DNA of 38,762 bases from positions 1-38,762 of IMG/VR virus record IMGVR_UViG_3300048905_000063; one strand, written 5' to 3'. The position numbers and the translations under genes were made by a program. Below, piece after piece: positions 1 through 7,264 of this stretch; the first letter of the stretch is position 1, and the number at the start of each line of letters is the position of its first letter. The notes below the pieces were generated by a model. The model was not told the DNA's origin and ran no database searches. It saw only the letters and a list, made by a program, of their open reading frames with translations. The DNA is from a virus.

Positions 1-127
1 CTTGTTTCGGACCTCAATCACCCTCTGAAACGGCGCCGTCTCAATTGGTTGCCAAGCCATTCTCAATACTCCTCGGGCTGGGATGGGAGACGGGCGGTCA
101 CTGGTACACCGTCGGATAGATCGACTT
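1..127. repeat. Direct terminal repeat, copy 1 (identical to 38636..38762)
   Basis: cttgtttcggacctcaatcaccctctgaaacgg...gtcggatagatcgactt reads identically at both window ends. Confidence 0.95.
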
Positions 128-328
128 CTTGTGCCGGGTGAGCACGACGTGCTGCCAGTCTTTCTTGCCGACGCGGAAGTTCAGCCAGTATTGCCCGTCG
201 TCCAGTTGCTCCAGGTGGAAGCCGTCGGCGACAATCTCGTCGATAGTCCCGTCATCGTTCAACCGGACCTCCACGCCATCGCAAATGTCGGTATGCGGCA
301 CGGTTGCCCAATCTGGCGGAGTGCCCAT
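98..328 (-). CDS. Hypothetical protein (76 aa)
   Basis: ORF with GGAG 6 nt upstream of the ATG at 328. It starts 2 nt after the stop of the upstream gene (330). Confidence 0.55.
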   Translation of the reverse strand: MGTPPDWATVPHTDICDGVEVRLNDDGTIDEIVADGFHLEQLDDGQYWLNFRVGKKDWQHVVLTRHKKSIYPTVYQ

Positions 329-329
329 G

Positions 330-752
330 CTAAGCTCCTATCGATGATGTGAGACGGGTGATCTCTGCGCGGGCGTAGCTTATGCCTTCAAGCGCTGCGG
401 CAGCGGTCGCGCGTGGATCGTTGTCGCCGTCTCTGATCTTGATGAGCGCGGCCATGAACCGTTCGCCGTAGTAGCCCATCATCCGGCGCCTTGTTTCGGC
501 ATCAAATCGAGCGCTGGCCTCGGCTTCCCGTTTAGCTTCTGCGTCGGGATGGTGTTGCTTGCACCAACCATCCGTCGCGGCCTTGCGGGCGCACTGCGCA
601 TATTTGGACCAGCGTTCATTGCTCCACACGCCAGCCTTGCAGCGGGCAGGGTCAAGCGCTGCGGAACTTCCGCGATAGGATGGCCGACCAGGATCAGCGC
701 GGAACTCGTTGCTCATGCCGGTGGTCCGTAAGTGGTCCGTGAATTGGGCCAT
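330..752 (-). CDS. Hypothetical Cys/His-containing protein (140 aa)
   Basis: ORF directly downstream of attP on the minus strand. Motif CKAGVW..W..YAQCARKA..GWCKQHH. Alternative ATG at 716. Confidence 0.55.
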   Translation of the reverse strand: MAQFTDHLRTTGMSNEFRADPGRPSYRGSSAALDPARCKAGVWSNERWSKYAQCARKAATDGWCKQHHPDAEAKREAEASARFDAETRRRMMGYYGERFMAALIKIRDGDNDPRATAAAALEGISYARAEITRLTSSIGA

Positions 753-822
753 GTTCGCGCCTTGAGCACGTTTGTTGCTGGCTCGTTCTCTCGGGACATT
801 AGGTGTGCAGACCCTAAGACGG

Positions 823-870
823 TTCGTTTACACGGAAGATGTCGGCGGTTCGAGCCCGTCAGCGCCCACC
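823..870 (+). other. attP core candidate: 3' half of a tRNA-Val(UAC)-like gene (anticodon stem to discriminator+CC), not a complete tRNA
   Basis: Anticodon loop TTTACAC (TAC), stem GGAAG, variable ATGTC, T-arm GGCGG-TTCGAGC-CCGTC, acceptor 3' strand AGCGCCC, then A-CC. No matching 5' acceptor strand (GGGCGCT) lies upstream. It sits 21 nt from the integrase stop. Confidence 0.7.
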
Positions 871-891
871 GCGCGATTACTGGCGGATTTC

Positions 892-2112
892 CTAGCATTT
901 CTCTCCCTTCCGCACAATAGAAATCGGCGCTCCATAGGCTGCGGTGGTCCGAAAGTGCTCCGAGAACCAAATATGGGCATGGCCGCATACCTCGTTCCAG
1001 ATGGCGCTAAGCTGCTCTTTCACCTTGGAAAGGTGCTCGGGATCATACTTGGCGTAGATCTGCGTTGTGCGGTTCTCGCTGGTGTGCGCGAGCAGCCCGG
1101 CGATGTCGTCCATCGGCACCCCGCGCGTCCGTAGCTCGGTGGCGATCGTGTGGCGGATTGCCTTGGGGATATAGTCGGCGGGCAGGTCCAGCGCCTTCCG
1201 CATCCGAACCCACCAGGTGCGGCGGCTGATGACCTTGGGGTGCGGATAGTCGGCCCATGCCTCCAGCCACGGGCGGAACTCGGGAATGACCGGCACCTTG
1301 GCGTTGCGCTTCTTCGTGATCGGCTTGCCCTTGGGGTGCGTGTCGAAGATTTGCCCCCTGCCCTTGCCCCACTGCGCGGCAACGTCCCATTGCAGGATGG
1401 CGCGCGGCCGCGCCCCGGTGGCGATCATGGCGAGCACCCAGCGCAGCGCCTCTATGTCATAGGCGGCATAGGCCACGATCGCGCCGAGCTCCTCCAGGCT
1501 CATCCGCGTGTCGCGCGGGGCCGAGCGCAGCCGGGTCTCAACCGACGCGATCTTGGGCGAGAAGGGCAGCCGCCCCTCCCCTACCGCGTGATTGAGCGCC
1601 GCGCGAATGTCGTTCAAGTTGCGCTGCAGGCTTTCGCCGTTCACGCCCGGCGATGAATGCTGGTAGCGTTTGCCGCGCCACTCGATGTCCCAGCTATGCG
1701 GCTTCATCCGCCACGCCGCGAACCGGCGCAGCACTGGCGGGGTCAAGTCGCTGACCTTCGCGGCCATGCCGACCCGGTCCTGATCGAGGAACGCCGTGAA
1801 CGTACGGAGCGATATTTCGATCGTGCTCGGCGTGATCCGGCTTTGGCCGTGCTCCTCCCAATATTTGCGAAAGACGCCTAGCACCAGCGCCTCCTCGGGA
1901 GCTTGGGGCAATCCCGCCATATGCTCTTGGGCATGGGCGATGATGACCGGAATCGCATCCTCTAGGCTTGTGCAGCCAGAGCTTTTGCTGCGGCCTGTTC
2001 CCGCTGCTTCGTCATACCAGCGGATTTGGAGATAGGGTGAGCGACCGTCCGCGCGGGGCCTGGCAAGCCAGAATGGCCCGACCGTGTAGAGCCGCTGTTC
2101 CGACCTTGCCAT
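892..2112 (-). CDS. int: Tyrosine recombinase / phage integrase
   Basis: C-terminal AIRHTIATELRTRGVPMDDIAGLLAHTSENRTTQIYAKY (HxxR ... H ... Y catalytic box). The ATG at 2112 has GGAG 11 nt upstream. The ORF stays open to 2166 (alternative start). Confidence 0.9.
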   Translation of the reverse strand: MARSEQRLYTVGPFWLARPRADGRSPYLQIRWYDEAAGTGRSKSSGCTSLEDAIPVIIAHAQEHMAGLPQAPEEALVLGVFRKYWEEHGQSRITPSTIEISLRTFTAFLDQDRVGMAAKVSDLTPPVLRRFAAWRMKPHSWDIEWRGKRYQHSSPGVNGESLQRNLNDIRAALNHAVGEGRLPFSPKIASVETRLRSAPRDTRMSLEELGAIVAYAAYDIEALRWVLAMIATGARPRAILQWDVAAQWGKGRGQIFDTHPKGKPITKKRNAKVPVIPEFRPWLEAWADYPHPKVISRRTWWVRMRKALDLPADYIPKAIRHTIATELRTRGVPMDDIAGLLAHTSENRTTQIYAKYDPEHLSKVKEQLSAIWNEVCGHAHIWFSEHFRTTAAYGAPISIVRKGEKC

Positions 2113-2264
2113 TTCGTGCTTAGCTCCTCGGCTTCGCGTTCGATCAATATGTTGAGGACGCCCCATTCGCCAAGCTGGCGTAGCTCGTCAGCCGAGAAGT
2201 GTGTCCCGGTGTCGTTGCGTATCGCTCGGCGAAACTTGCTGGCAAGATGCTGGGCGCGGCTCAT
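1962..2264 (-). CDS. Hypothetical protein upstream of int (possible directionality factor); only the N-terminal ~50 aa look protein-like
   Basis: The ATG at 2264 has GGAGG 7 nt upstream. N-terminus MSRAQHLASKFRRAIRNDTGTHFSADELRQLGEWGVLNILIEREAEE. The remainder overlaps int in another frame. Confidence 0.4.
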   Translation of the reverse strand: MSRAQHLASKFRRAIRNDTGTHFSADELRQLGEWGVLNILIEREAEELSTKWQGRNSGSTRSGHSGLPGPARTVAHPISKSAGMTKQREQAAAKALAAQA

Positions 2265-2295
2265 CTATCGCCCTCCTGTCGGGGGAGTAGGGGGG

Positions 2296-2817
2296 TCATG
2301 ACAGCATCAGCTTTTCACGAAGCGCGACCGCATCCCACCATGCGTTATGCTGGACAGCGTCGGGCAAGGTTGTCGGGTATGCGTCAACGCGAACGATATC
2401 GAACTGGAGGCGCGGAATAGCCGCCATCTCGCCCGGCCCCGTGATTATGGCTTGGCAGAAATACCGGACATCGTCGGGCCAGTCTGTTATGATGTACGGG
2501 ACGCTCCCACCGCGCCGCGCAAAGAAGTCGGCAATTAAGCGGGGGCCAGTCTTTGAACCATGCTTGACGACGTAAGGTTGAATATCGCGCGGAACACTCC
2601 GCATAATCGGCATTACGTTCTCGGCGACCCAAGGACCGATCTTCTCGGTCGGCTCATAGATGATATACAGGCTTTCACCGTCCTGATCAACAAGAGCGAG
2701 GCTCAATAGCTCGCCGCCGAACTCGTTAAACTCGGTGTCGAGAAAATACCTCACGACAACATCTCCATCCTTAGCGATTCTATCCTCGGCGTTCCCATCA
2801 TCCCCTGTTCCCGCCAT
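2296..2817 (-). CDS. DEDDh (DnaQ-like) 3'-5' exonuclease
   Basis: RYFLDTEFNE (Exo I DxE) and HNAWWDA (Exo III Hx4D). An alternative GTG start at 2754 (GGAG 8 nt upstream) would give a GTGA junction with micro-ORF 2751..2930. Confidence 0.75.
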   Translation of the reverse strand: MAGTGDDGNAEDRIAKDGDVVVRYFLDTEFNEFGGELLSLALVDQDGESLYIIYEPTEKIGPWVAENVMPIMRSVPRDIQPYVVKHGSKTGPRLIADFFARRGGSVPYIITDWPDDVRYFCQAIITGPGEMAAIPRLQFDIVRVDAYPTTLPDAVQHNAWWDAVALREKLMLS

Positions 2818-2930
2818 CTCTCTCGTCCTCTTTCTATTGCCAGTGTACGAAGTCTCGATGCGACCTGTTCGGCACGGTCAAGCTCGACCAGTAGATCGTG
2901 AAGGACAGGGTCAGGGAAAAAGGGTTTCAT
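2751..2930 (-). CDS. Possible small protein (59 aa), below the track cutoff
   Basis: The ATG at 2930 overlaps the ninB stop as ATGA. MKPFFPDPVLHDLLVELDRAEQVASRLRTLAIERG fills the 110-nt gap between ninB and the exonuclease. Confidence 0.3.
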   Translation of the reverse strand: MKPFFPDPVLHDLLVELDRAEQVASRLRTLAIERGRERWREQGMMGTPRIESLRMEMLS

Positions 2931-3319
2931 GCGGCAAGTTCCTGCTCGTCATTATCGGTCCAGCGAACGCCATGACGGTCGCCGTATTCCTGGATGAAGT
3001 TTATGAGGTCGCCCATCTGCGACTTGGTGAGCTGCGAGGTGCTAAACCCGCGCGGGAACGGTCGCCCGTCCAGCCCTTCGAGGAACTGGCATTCCCAACC
3101 GCAGGCCGACATGAAGATGACCTTCCAGTCGTCAGGGATCATGCGCCGCCCCTCTGGCTTGCTGACTGACACGTCGGTCAACATCGCCCACATCTTGTCA
3201 TTCTGCGCGTTCGTCCGTTTCGGCTCCGCGATGGTGACGACATAGTTGGGCGGGGCGCGGTCGATCAGCGCATGGGCGCGATCGCGGGCGAACTTGCTGG
3301 ACAGGCTAATCTTGTGCAT
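2927..3319 (-). CDS. ninB: NinB/Orf-family recombination mediator
   Basis: MHKISLSSKFARDRAHALIDRAP...RTNAQNDKMWAMLTDVS resembles the NinB N-terminal signature. The internal ATG at 3319 is preceded by GGAAAGGAAG. The upstream part of the 212-aa ORF is an Arg/Pro-rich shadow. Confidence 0.7.
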   Translation of the reverse strand: MHKISLSSKFARDRAHALIDRAPPNYVVTIAEPKRTNAQNDKMWAMLTDVSVSKPEGRRMIPDDWKVIFMSACGWECQFLEGLDGRPFPRGFSTSQLTKSQMGDLINFIQEYGDRHGVRWTDNDEQELAA

Positions 3320-3671
3320 CGAGCTTCCTTTCCCATGCGATGCGGCCGGGCCATGCGTTCCAGTATGCCGCGGCGGTCGCCACAGCGTCTTTGCCGGGCA
3401 GATATTGCTCGAAAGACCGCCACCCCATGCTGTGCTGCCAATGATGGCATCCGTTCGACAGGGGGATGCAGTGTTTGTCCGAAACTTTGGTCGACGTGCC
3501 TTTGTCGCCCGCGTGGTCGACATGGGCTGCAACGATTGGCCCCTCGCACCATGGGAGCGCCCCACGGCAAGCGCATTGCCTTCCGCGTAACCATTGCAGG
3601 AAACGCGGCGCCGACTTCTCGGCTGGACGCGGCGCGTTGCGCTTCCTCGGCCTTGTGTCGACCCGCAGCAT
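3306..3671 (-). CDS. Cys/His metal-finger nuclease-like protein (DUF968 / Ref-type HNH-like)
   Basis: FLQWLRGRQCACRG...AAHVDHAGDKGTSTKVSDKHCIPLSNGCHHWQH. TGATG junction with the upstream gene. Confidence 0.55.
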   Translation of the reverse strand: MLRVDTRPRKRNAPRPAEKSAPRFLQWLRGRQCACRGALPWCEGPIVAAHVDHAGDKGTSTKVSDKHCIPLSNGCHHWQHSMGWRSFEQYLPGKDAVATAAAYWNAWPGRIAWERKLDAQD

Positions 3672-3856
3672 CACGCTTCCACCTGCTTGCCGCGAAACGG
3701 CGCAACCTCGTCAAGCGATGCGCGCGGCGGATACCCCTTCGATCGGCGATAGCGGTTGATCGTCGCCAGGCGCACCTCGGGATTGCTCCAGTAGCGGCGG
3801 CGCTCGTTCTCCGCTCGACGGCGGCGCTCGGCTAGGGTGTAGGAGTATTCGCGCAT
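3671..3856 (-). CDS. Small Arg-rich hypothetical protein (61 aa)
   Basis: The internal ATG at 3856 lies 2 nt after the stop of 3859..4821. MREYSYTLAERRRRAENERRRYWSNPEVRL... Confidence 0.5.
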   Translation of the reverse strand: MREYSYTLAERRRRAENERRRYWSNPEVRLATINRYRRSKGYPPRASLDEVAPFRGKQVEA

Positions 3857-3858
3857 GT

Positions 3859-4821
3859 TCAGGCGCTCACCTGATCCATCGCCGCGATACCGCTTTCCTT
3901 GGCCGCGTATATCTCCTCGAACTTGCGGCCCTCGGCACCGTCGAGACTTTCCACGACATCGCCGTTCTTGCGGAGCCATTCCTGCAAGCCCATCTTGGTC
4001 TCGACTTCGGCCAAGGTGCTGACGAGCAGTTGGTAGGCGACAGATTCTTCGGGTGGCGTTAAATCGTCGATGCGGCGGGCCATCCACTTCTCGAAGCCTT
4101 CATCGCCCTCACCCGGCTCGCTACCGTCACCTGTCCACAGCGGGTGGTTGCCGTCACGGATAGCCTTCAGGTCGTCCTTGTTGGCCCGCTTTAAGGCGCG
4201 GAACTCTTCCAGACTTTCGGTCTTGTTTCCGGCGATCATGAAAGCGCGCAATCGCTCGCGGATTTTGGTAATGCCCGGTATCTTCTCGACTTGAGCCTCG
4301 ATGATCTCGCCAGTCTGCGGATTGTGCGGCGTATCGTCGAACCCGCCTGGTGGAACCTCGGCAGCAGGCGTCGTTTCAAGGTTCGCCTTCATCATCACAA
4401 CGACGTGCGCGAAGGCCGATCGGCAAGCCCGCGATATTGCCCGCGTCTGCGCCATCGCCCGGATGGCATAGTCGGCGCGCTTGGGCAGCGTCTTGCCGCG
4501 CGACTGCCCGCCATACCAAGTCGGCTCGTCCTCGCCGACGAAGCCCTCGGCAACGGCGATCAGGTTTCCATCCGACATGCGACGGACCTCACCGATGGCG
4601 CGAACGCCACCCTCGATCCGCTCGACATCGCGCGCCCCGGCAACGCAACCGTGGGCAATGGCAATGGCCTGCCACCCTTCAACCGAGACGAACTTGCGCC
4701 CTTGGATGGTGCTGGCGGTCGCCACGACAATCTCGCGGCAAGCCCCGGCCGCGTCGGTGGACATGCGGTAATTGTCCAGCGGTCGCGCCTCGTGCATGAC
4801 CAATGCGGTTTCGGCGTTCAT
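3859..4821 (-). CDS. Putative single-strand annealing protein (RecT/ERF/Rad52-superfamily-like) with C-terminal extension
   Basis: GRKFVSVEGWQAIAIAHG ... YAIRAMAQTRAISRACRSAF resembles annealase core motifs. It is clustered with NinB, HNH and exonuclease genes. Confidence 0.4.
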   Translation of the reverse strand: MNAETALVMHEARPLDNYRMSTDAAGACREIVVATASTIQGRKFVSVEGWQAIAIAHGCVAGARDVERIEGGVRAIGEVRRMSDGNLIAVAEGFVGEDEPTWYGGQSRGKTLPKRADYAIRAMAQTRAISRACRSAFAHVVVMMKANLETTPAAEVPPGGFDDTPHNPQTGEIIEAQVEKIPGITKIRERLRAFMIAGNKTESLEEFRALKRANKDDLKAIRDGNHPLWTGDGSEPGEGDEGFEKWMARRIDDLTPPEESVAYQLLVSTLAEVETKMGLQEWLRKNGDVVESLDGAEGRKFEEIYAAKESGIAAMDQVSA

Positions 4822-4827
4822 AGCTAT

Positions 4828-5091
4828 TCACGCTCCATGTTGATTGGGGGACGAGGACTCGGCGGGCGCTTTTTGGGCAACCCGCCGTCCCGTGGTGAAC
4901 TTGGCGGCGCACTGGTCGCAGCGAACGTCATAAAGCCGACCAAGGAAGTCGGCGTCACAATCGACGCAAAAGCAGATGTAGCGCCTCGACCGGGTGGGGA
5001 GGTTCGGAACCGGAGCCTCCCCGTTCTCCGCTTGTGCCCCGCCAAGCGCGGACTCCACAGGGCGTTCCAATCTCGTTTGATCACTCATCAC
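4828..5091 (-). CDS. Small zinc-ribbon-like protein (87 aa)
   Basis: CFCVDC ... CDQC cysteine pairs. ATGA-type junction with the gene at 5088. Confidence 0.5.
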   Translation of the reverse strand: MMSDQTRLERPVESALGGAQAENGEAPVPNLPTRSRRYICFCVDCDADFLGRLYDVRCDQCAAKFTTGRRVAQKAPAESSSPNQHGA

Positions 5092-5258
5092 ACCGCCACC
5101 CAGATACAGAGCAGCACGGTCACAAAGATGATGGCGAGCGTCCAGCGTAGCTCGTTCGGTGTTGGCTGTAGCAGGCCATCGGGACGCTGCTGGCGGTGGA
5201 TTGCGCGGTCATCGCGAAGGATGCGGGCGATCTCGGCGGGGTCGATGGGGGCGCTCAT
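5088..5258 (-). CDS. Small membrane-anchored protein (56 aa)
   Basis: The ATG at 5258 overlaps the upstream stop (ATGA). C-terminal TM segment WTLAIIFVTVLLCIWVAV. Confidence 0.5.
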   Translation of the reverse strand: MSAPIDPAEIARILRDDRAIHRQQRPDGLLQPTPNELRWTLAIIFVTVLLCIWVAV

Positions 5259-5605
5259 GCGACCCACTCCTTGGCGGGCTCGGCTAAAGCGCGATCCAAT
5301 GCGGTGCCAATCGTTTCCCCGTAGGCGGTCTTGATGCCCGCGAGATTGCACAACTCCTCGAGCTGGCTGTGGCCGACAGTCATGTGGTAATCGACGGTCA
5401 CTCCGGTCTCATCGCCGTCAATGTCCTCCTCAAAGCGATGGGCATCAGCGATCATGTTGAGCAAGGTTTCGCGCAACAGTTCGCGGCTAACGACCTCGCC
5501 CGGATCGTAACCCGAAGGGCGAAGACCGGAACGGGCTTCGGGCGAAGCCTTAGAGCCGGATAAAGCGCCAGAAACAGGCGTATTGGGTTGCCATAGGTCG
5601 GTCAT
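5255..5605 (-). CDS. Hypothetical protein (116 aa)
   Basis: ORF in the operon, with 4-nt overlaps at both ends. Confidence 0.6.
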   Translation of the reverse strand: MTDLWQPNTPVSGALSGSKASPEARSGLRPSGYDPGEVVSRELLRETLLNMIADAHRFEEDIDGDETGVTVDYHMTVGHSQLEELCNLAGIKTAYGETIGTALDRALAEPAKEWVA

Positions 5606-5982
5606 GCGGCACCTCGGGCTTGTTCAATTCTAAGATTGGCGAGCGCCGTGATGGGATTGCCGTCGAAACCTGCCGGGCTTTCCTGGAGGTTCTCGAAGTC
5701 AGGAGCGACGGCGCACCACATCGGCCTGCCTTCATTGGTATAGCCGTCCATGAAAATGCGAGGCTCGTCTGCCGCTGGGCCGCCGTGGGCAGGGCAACAG
5801 GCCCCGTGGCAATATGATGGGCGTTCAAATGTGCCGACTCTCCCGTAGGCGCGGAGAATTTCACGAGGAAACTGGTCGCCAAATGCTTCCTCCCCGCAGA
5901 AGCCCGCAGGGCACCCTCCCATCCACATCGGAACGCGACATTTTCCGTTCTGCCATGGCGCGCGGTCAAAAGGCTTGCTCAT
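5602..5982 (-). CDS. Cys-rich hypothetical protein (126 aa)
   Basis: The ATG at 5982 overlaps the upstream stop (ATGA). CRVPMWMGGCPAGFCG ... CHGACCPAH. Confidence 0.6.
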   Translation of the reverse strand: MSKPFDRAPWQNGKCRVPMWMGGCPAGFCGEEAFGDQFPREILRAYGRVGTFERPSYCHGACCPAHGGPAADEPRIFMDGYTNEGRPMWCAVAPDFENLQESPAGFDGNPITALANLRIEQARGAA

Positions 5983-6353
5983 GCCGCCCACCGTTCCGCG
6001 TCCCTCGCCGCCTTTCGAGCAGCATCGAGAACAGTCGTTACGCTAGGGGCGCTTTCCTCGATTGCTTCACAGAGATAGTCGTTCTCTTGATCGCGCTCGG
6101 AGAGGCTTGCGATCTCGTCGGCAATGCGGTCGTCGCGGATCGCGTCCAGTTCGGCGTGGATGCCCTCAAGCTCGTTCCACAGCCCTTCCTCAACGCCCGG
6201 CAATTCACGACCAGCAACGCGGTCGTATAGCTCGTCAACCCACAGATAGCGGGCGATCAGCGCCTTCGCGGCGTCGGTCTCGGCCCAATCGAAAGCCGTG
6301 GCGTTCTCTCGGGCGCGCTCGGCAGCGAGCGGAGCGGGGTTGTAGCCGGTCAT
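5979..6353 (-). CDS. Strongly acidic hypothetical protein (124 aa)
   Basis: ORF with roughly 29 D/E versus 13 K/R by hand count. ATGA junctions on both sides. Confidence 0.6.
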   Translation of the reverse strand: MTGYNPAPLAAERARENATAFDWAETDAAKALIARYLWVDELYDRVAGRELPGVEEGLWNELEGIHAELDAIRDDRIADEIASLSERDQENDYLCEAIEESAPSVTTVLDAARKAARDAERWAA

Positions 6354-6511
6354 GCCGACACCTGCTGCGATGCACGGAGATACTGGCCGCAGAGCTTGCG
6401 GTGATACGCTTTCAGGATTGTGCGCTTGCCCTTGCTCTCGGGCGATTCAAGCTCGCGCTCGATGCGGGCGATCTCTGCGAAGATCACGGCGGGGGCGGTA
6501 TCGGGTTGCAT
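6350..6511 (-). CDS. First gene of the early-left operon, small protein (53 aa), below the track cutoff
   Basis: The ATG at 6511 is preceded by GGGAGA. MQPDTAPAVIFAEIARIERELESPESKGKRTILKAYHRKLCGQYLRASQQVSA. Its stop overlaps the next ATG (ATGA). Confidence 0.45.
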   Translation of the reverse strand: MQPDTAPAVIFAEIARIERELESPESKGKRTILKAYHRKLCGQYLRASQQVSA

Positions 6512-6544
6512 CGGAAGGTCTCCCGGCTTGTGTGCCTGAGACCA

Positions 6545-6572
6545 ACCATAGCCATAATCGCTACGCTGTCAA
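6545..6572 (-). promoter_or_regulatory. PL-like sigma70-type promoter for the early-left operon
   Basis: The minus strand reads TTGACA-N16-TATGGT (-35 at 6572..6567, -10 at 6550..6545), about 35 nt upstream of the ATG at 6511. Confidence 0.5.
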
Positions 6573-6599
6573 ACTGTTTCTCTAGCTTTTTTGGCTATA
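6547..6599. promoter_or_regulatory. Two imperfect operator-like sites related to the 7238..7256 palindrome
   Basis: CATAGCCA-TAA-TCGCTACG (6547..6565) overlaps the -10 and spacer. TCTAGCTT-TTT-TGGCTATA lies at 6581..6599. Confidence 0.45.
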
Positions 6600-6607
6600 C
6601 CTCATTT

Positions 6608-7171
6608 TTAGAGGTCAGCCACCCGCTTTCGCGCCCGCCCGATCACGGTGAACGTGTCGCGTCCTGGATAGATGGTTTGGTGGGCGGGATTCGTGGAACA
6701 GGGCTCCAAACGGGCCGGGTTCTCGCGGTAGCGTTTGAAGGTCGTCTCACCCTCGCCATTGCGGACCACATAGTATTTGCCGGAGACCAGATCGAGGTCG
6801 GTCGGATCGACGATAACGCCGTCCCCTGACGCCGCAACCTTGTCCATCGAGTCGCCTTCTACCAATACAACGAATGACTTAGCACTCAGCGCCTTATCTG
6901 GCGACGGCATATACCCCATGTTAGTCTCGAATCCTTCACGCCACGCGCCTGCTGAGACAAGCCCCACGATGGGCAGTAACAGGGGTTGCGGATTTTCGCT
7001 ACCGGCCTCGCCGAAATAGCGGCGCAAAACGTCCATTTCCCTAACGGTAAACTTCCGCTTTCCGAGCATACTGCGAGAGAATTGGTCCGGGGTGATGCCA
7101 ATTAATCGCGCGAGCCCAGCCTGCGTTTCGCCGCGTTCGGTTATCAATGCTTTAATCTGCGATATTTCCAT
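6608..7171 (-). CDS. CI/LexA-type repressor (XRE HTH + S24 peptidase)
   Basis: HTH GETQAGLARLIGITPDQFSRSMLGKRKF. S24 core VLVEGDSMDK ... TFKRY. The ORF is open to 7393. Start chosen at MEISQ (7171) because a TATAAT (7225..7220, minus strand) and operators lie upstream. Alternative ATGs at 7240 and 7246. Confidence 0.85.
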   Translation of the reverse strand: MEISQIKALITERGETQAGLARLIGITPDQFSRSMLGKRKFTVREMDVLRRYFGEAGSENPQPLLLPIVGLVSAGAWREGFETNMGYMPSPDKALSAKSFVVLVEGDSMDKVAASGDGVIVDPTDLDLVSGKYYVVRNGEGETTFKRYRENPARLEPCSTNPAHQTIYPGRDTFTVIGRARKRVADL

Positions 7172-7237
7172 GCGGACGTAATAGGCCGCCTGCAAATCCT
7201 CGCTATCGCCTGTTCGGCTATTATAACGCTTGCGCCT

Positions 7238-7256
7238 CATAGCCATTTTGGCTATG
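7238..7256. promoter_or_regulatory. Perfect palindromic operator CATAGCCA-TTT-TGGCTATG
   Basis: 8-bp arms with a 3-bp spacer, 9 nt upstream of the cro-like ATG. Weaker GGCTAT-containing sites lie at 7204..7222. Confidence 0.6.
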
Positions 7257-7264
7257 CCCCCATT

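Noticed and set aside
795-870. Possible complete tRNA gene next to the integrase
   Set aside because: Only the anticodon stem-loop, variable loop, T-arm and 3' acceptor strand are present. No 5' acceptor strand (GGGCGCT) or D-arm lies upstream. It is interpreted as the attP half-tRNA.
3320-3565. Long version (212 aa) of the NinB ORF and long version (138 aa, to 4087) of the small Arg-rich ORF
   Set aside because: The upstream portions overlap neighbouring genes that have real motifs, and they translate to low-complexity Arg/Pro/Gly sequence. The internal ATGs have good RBS and tight junctions.
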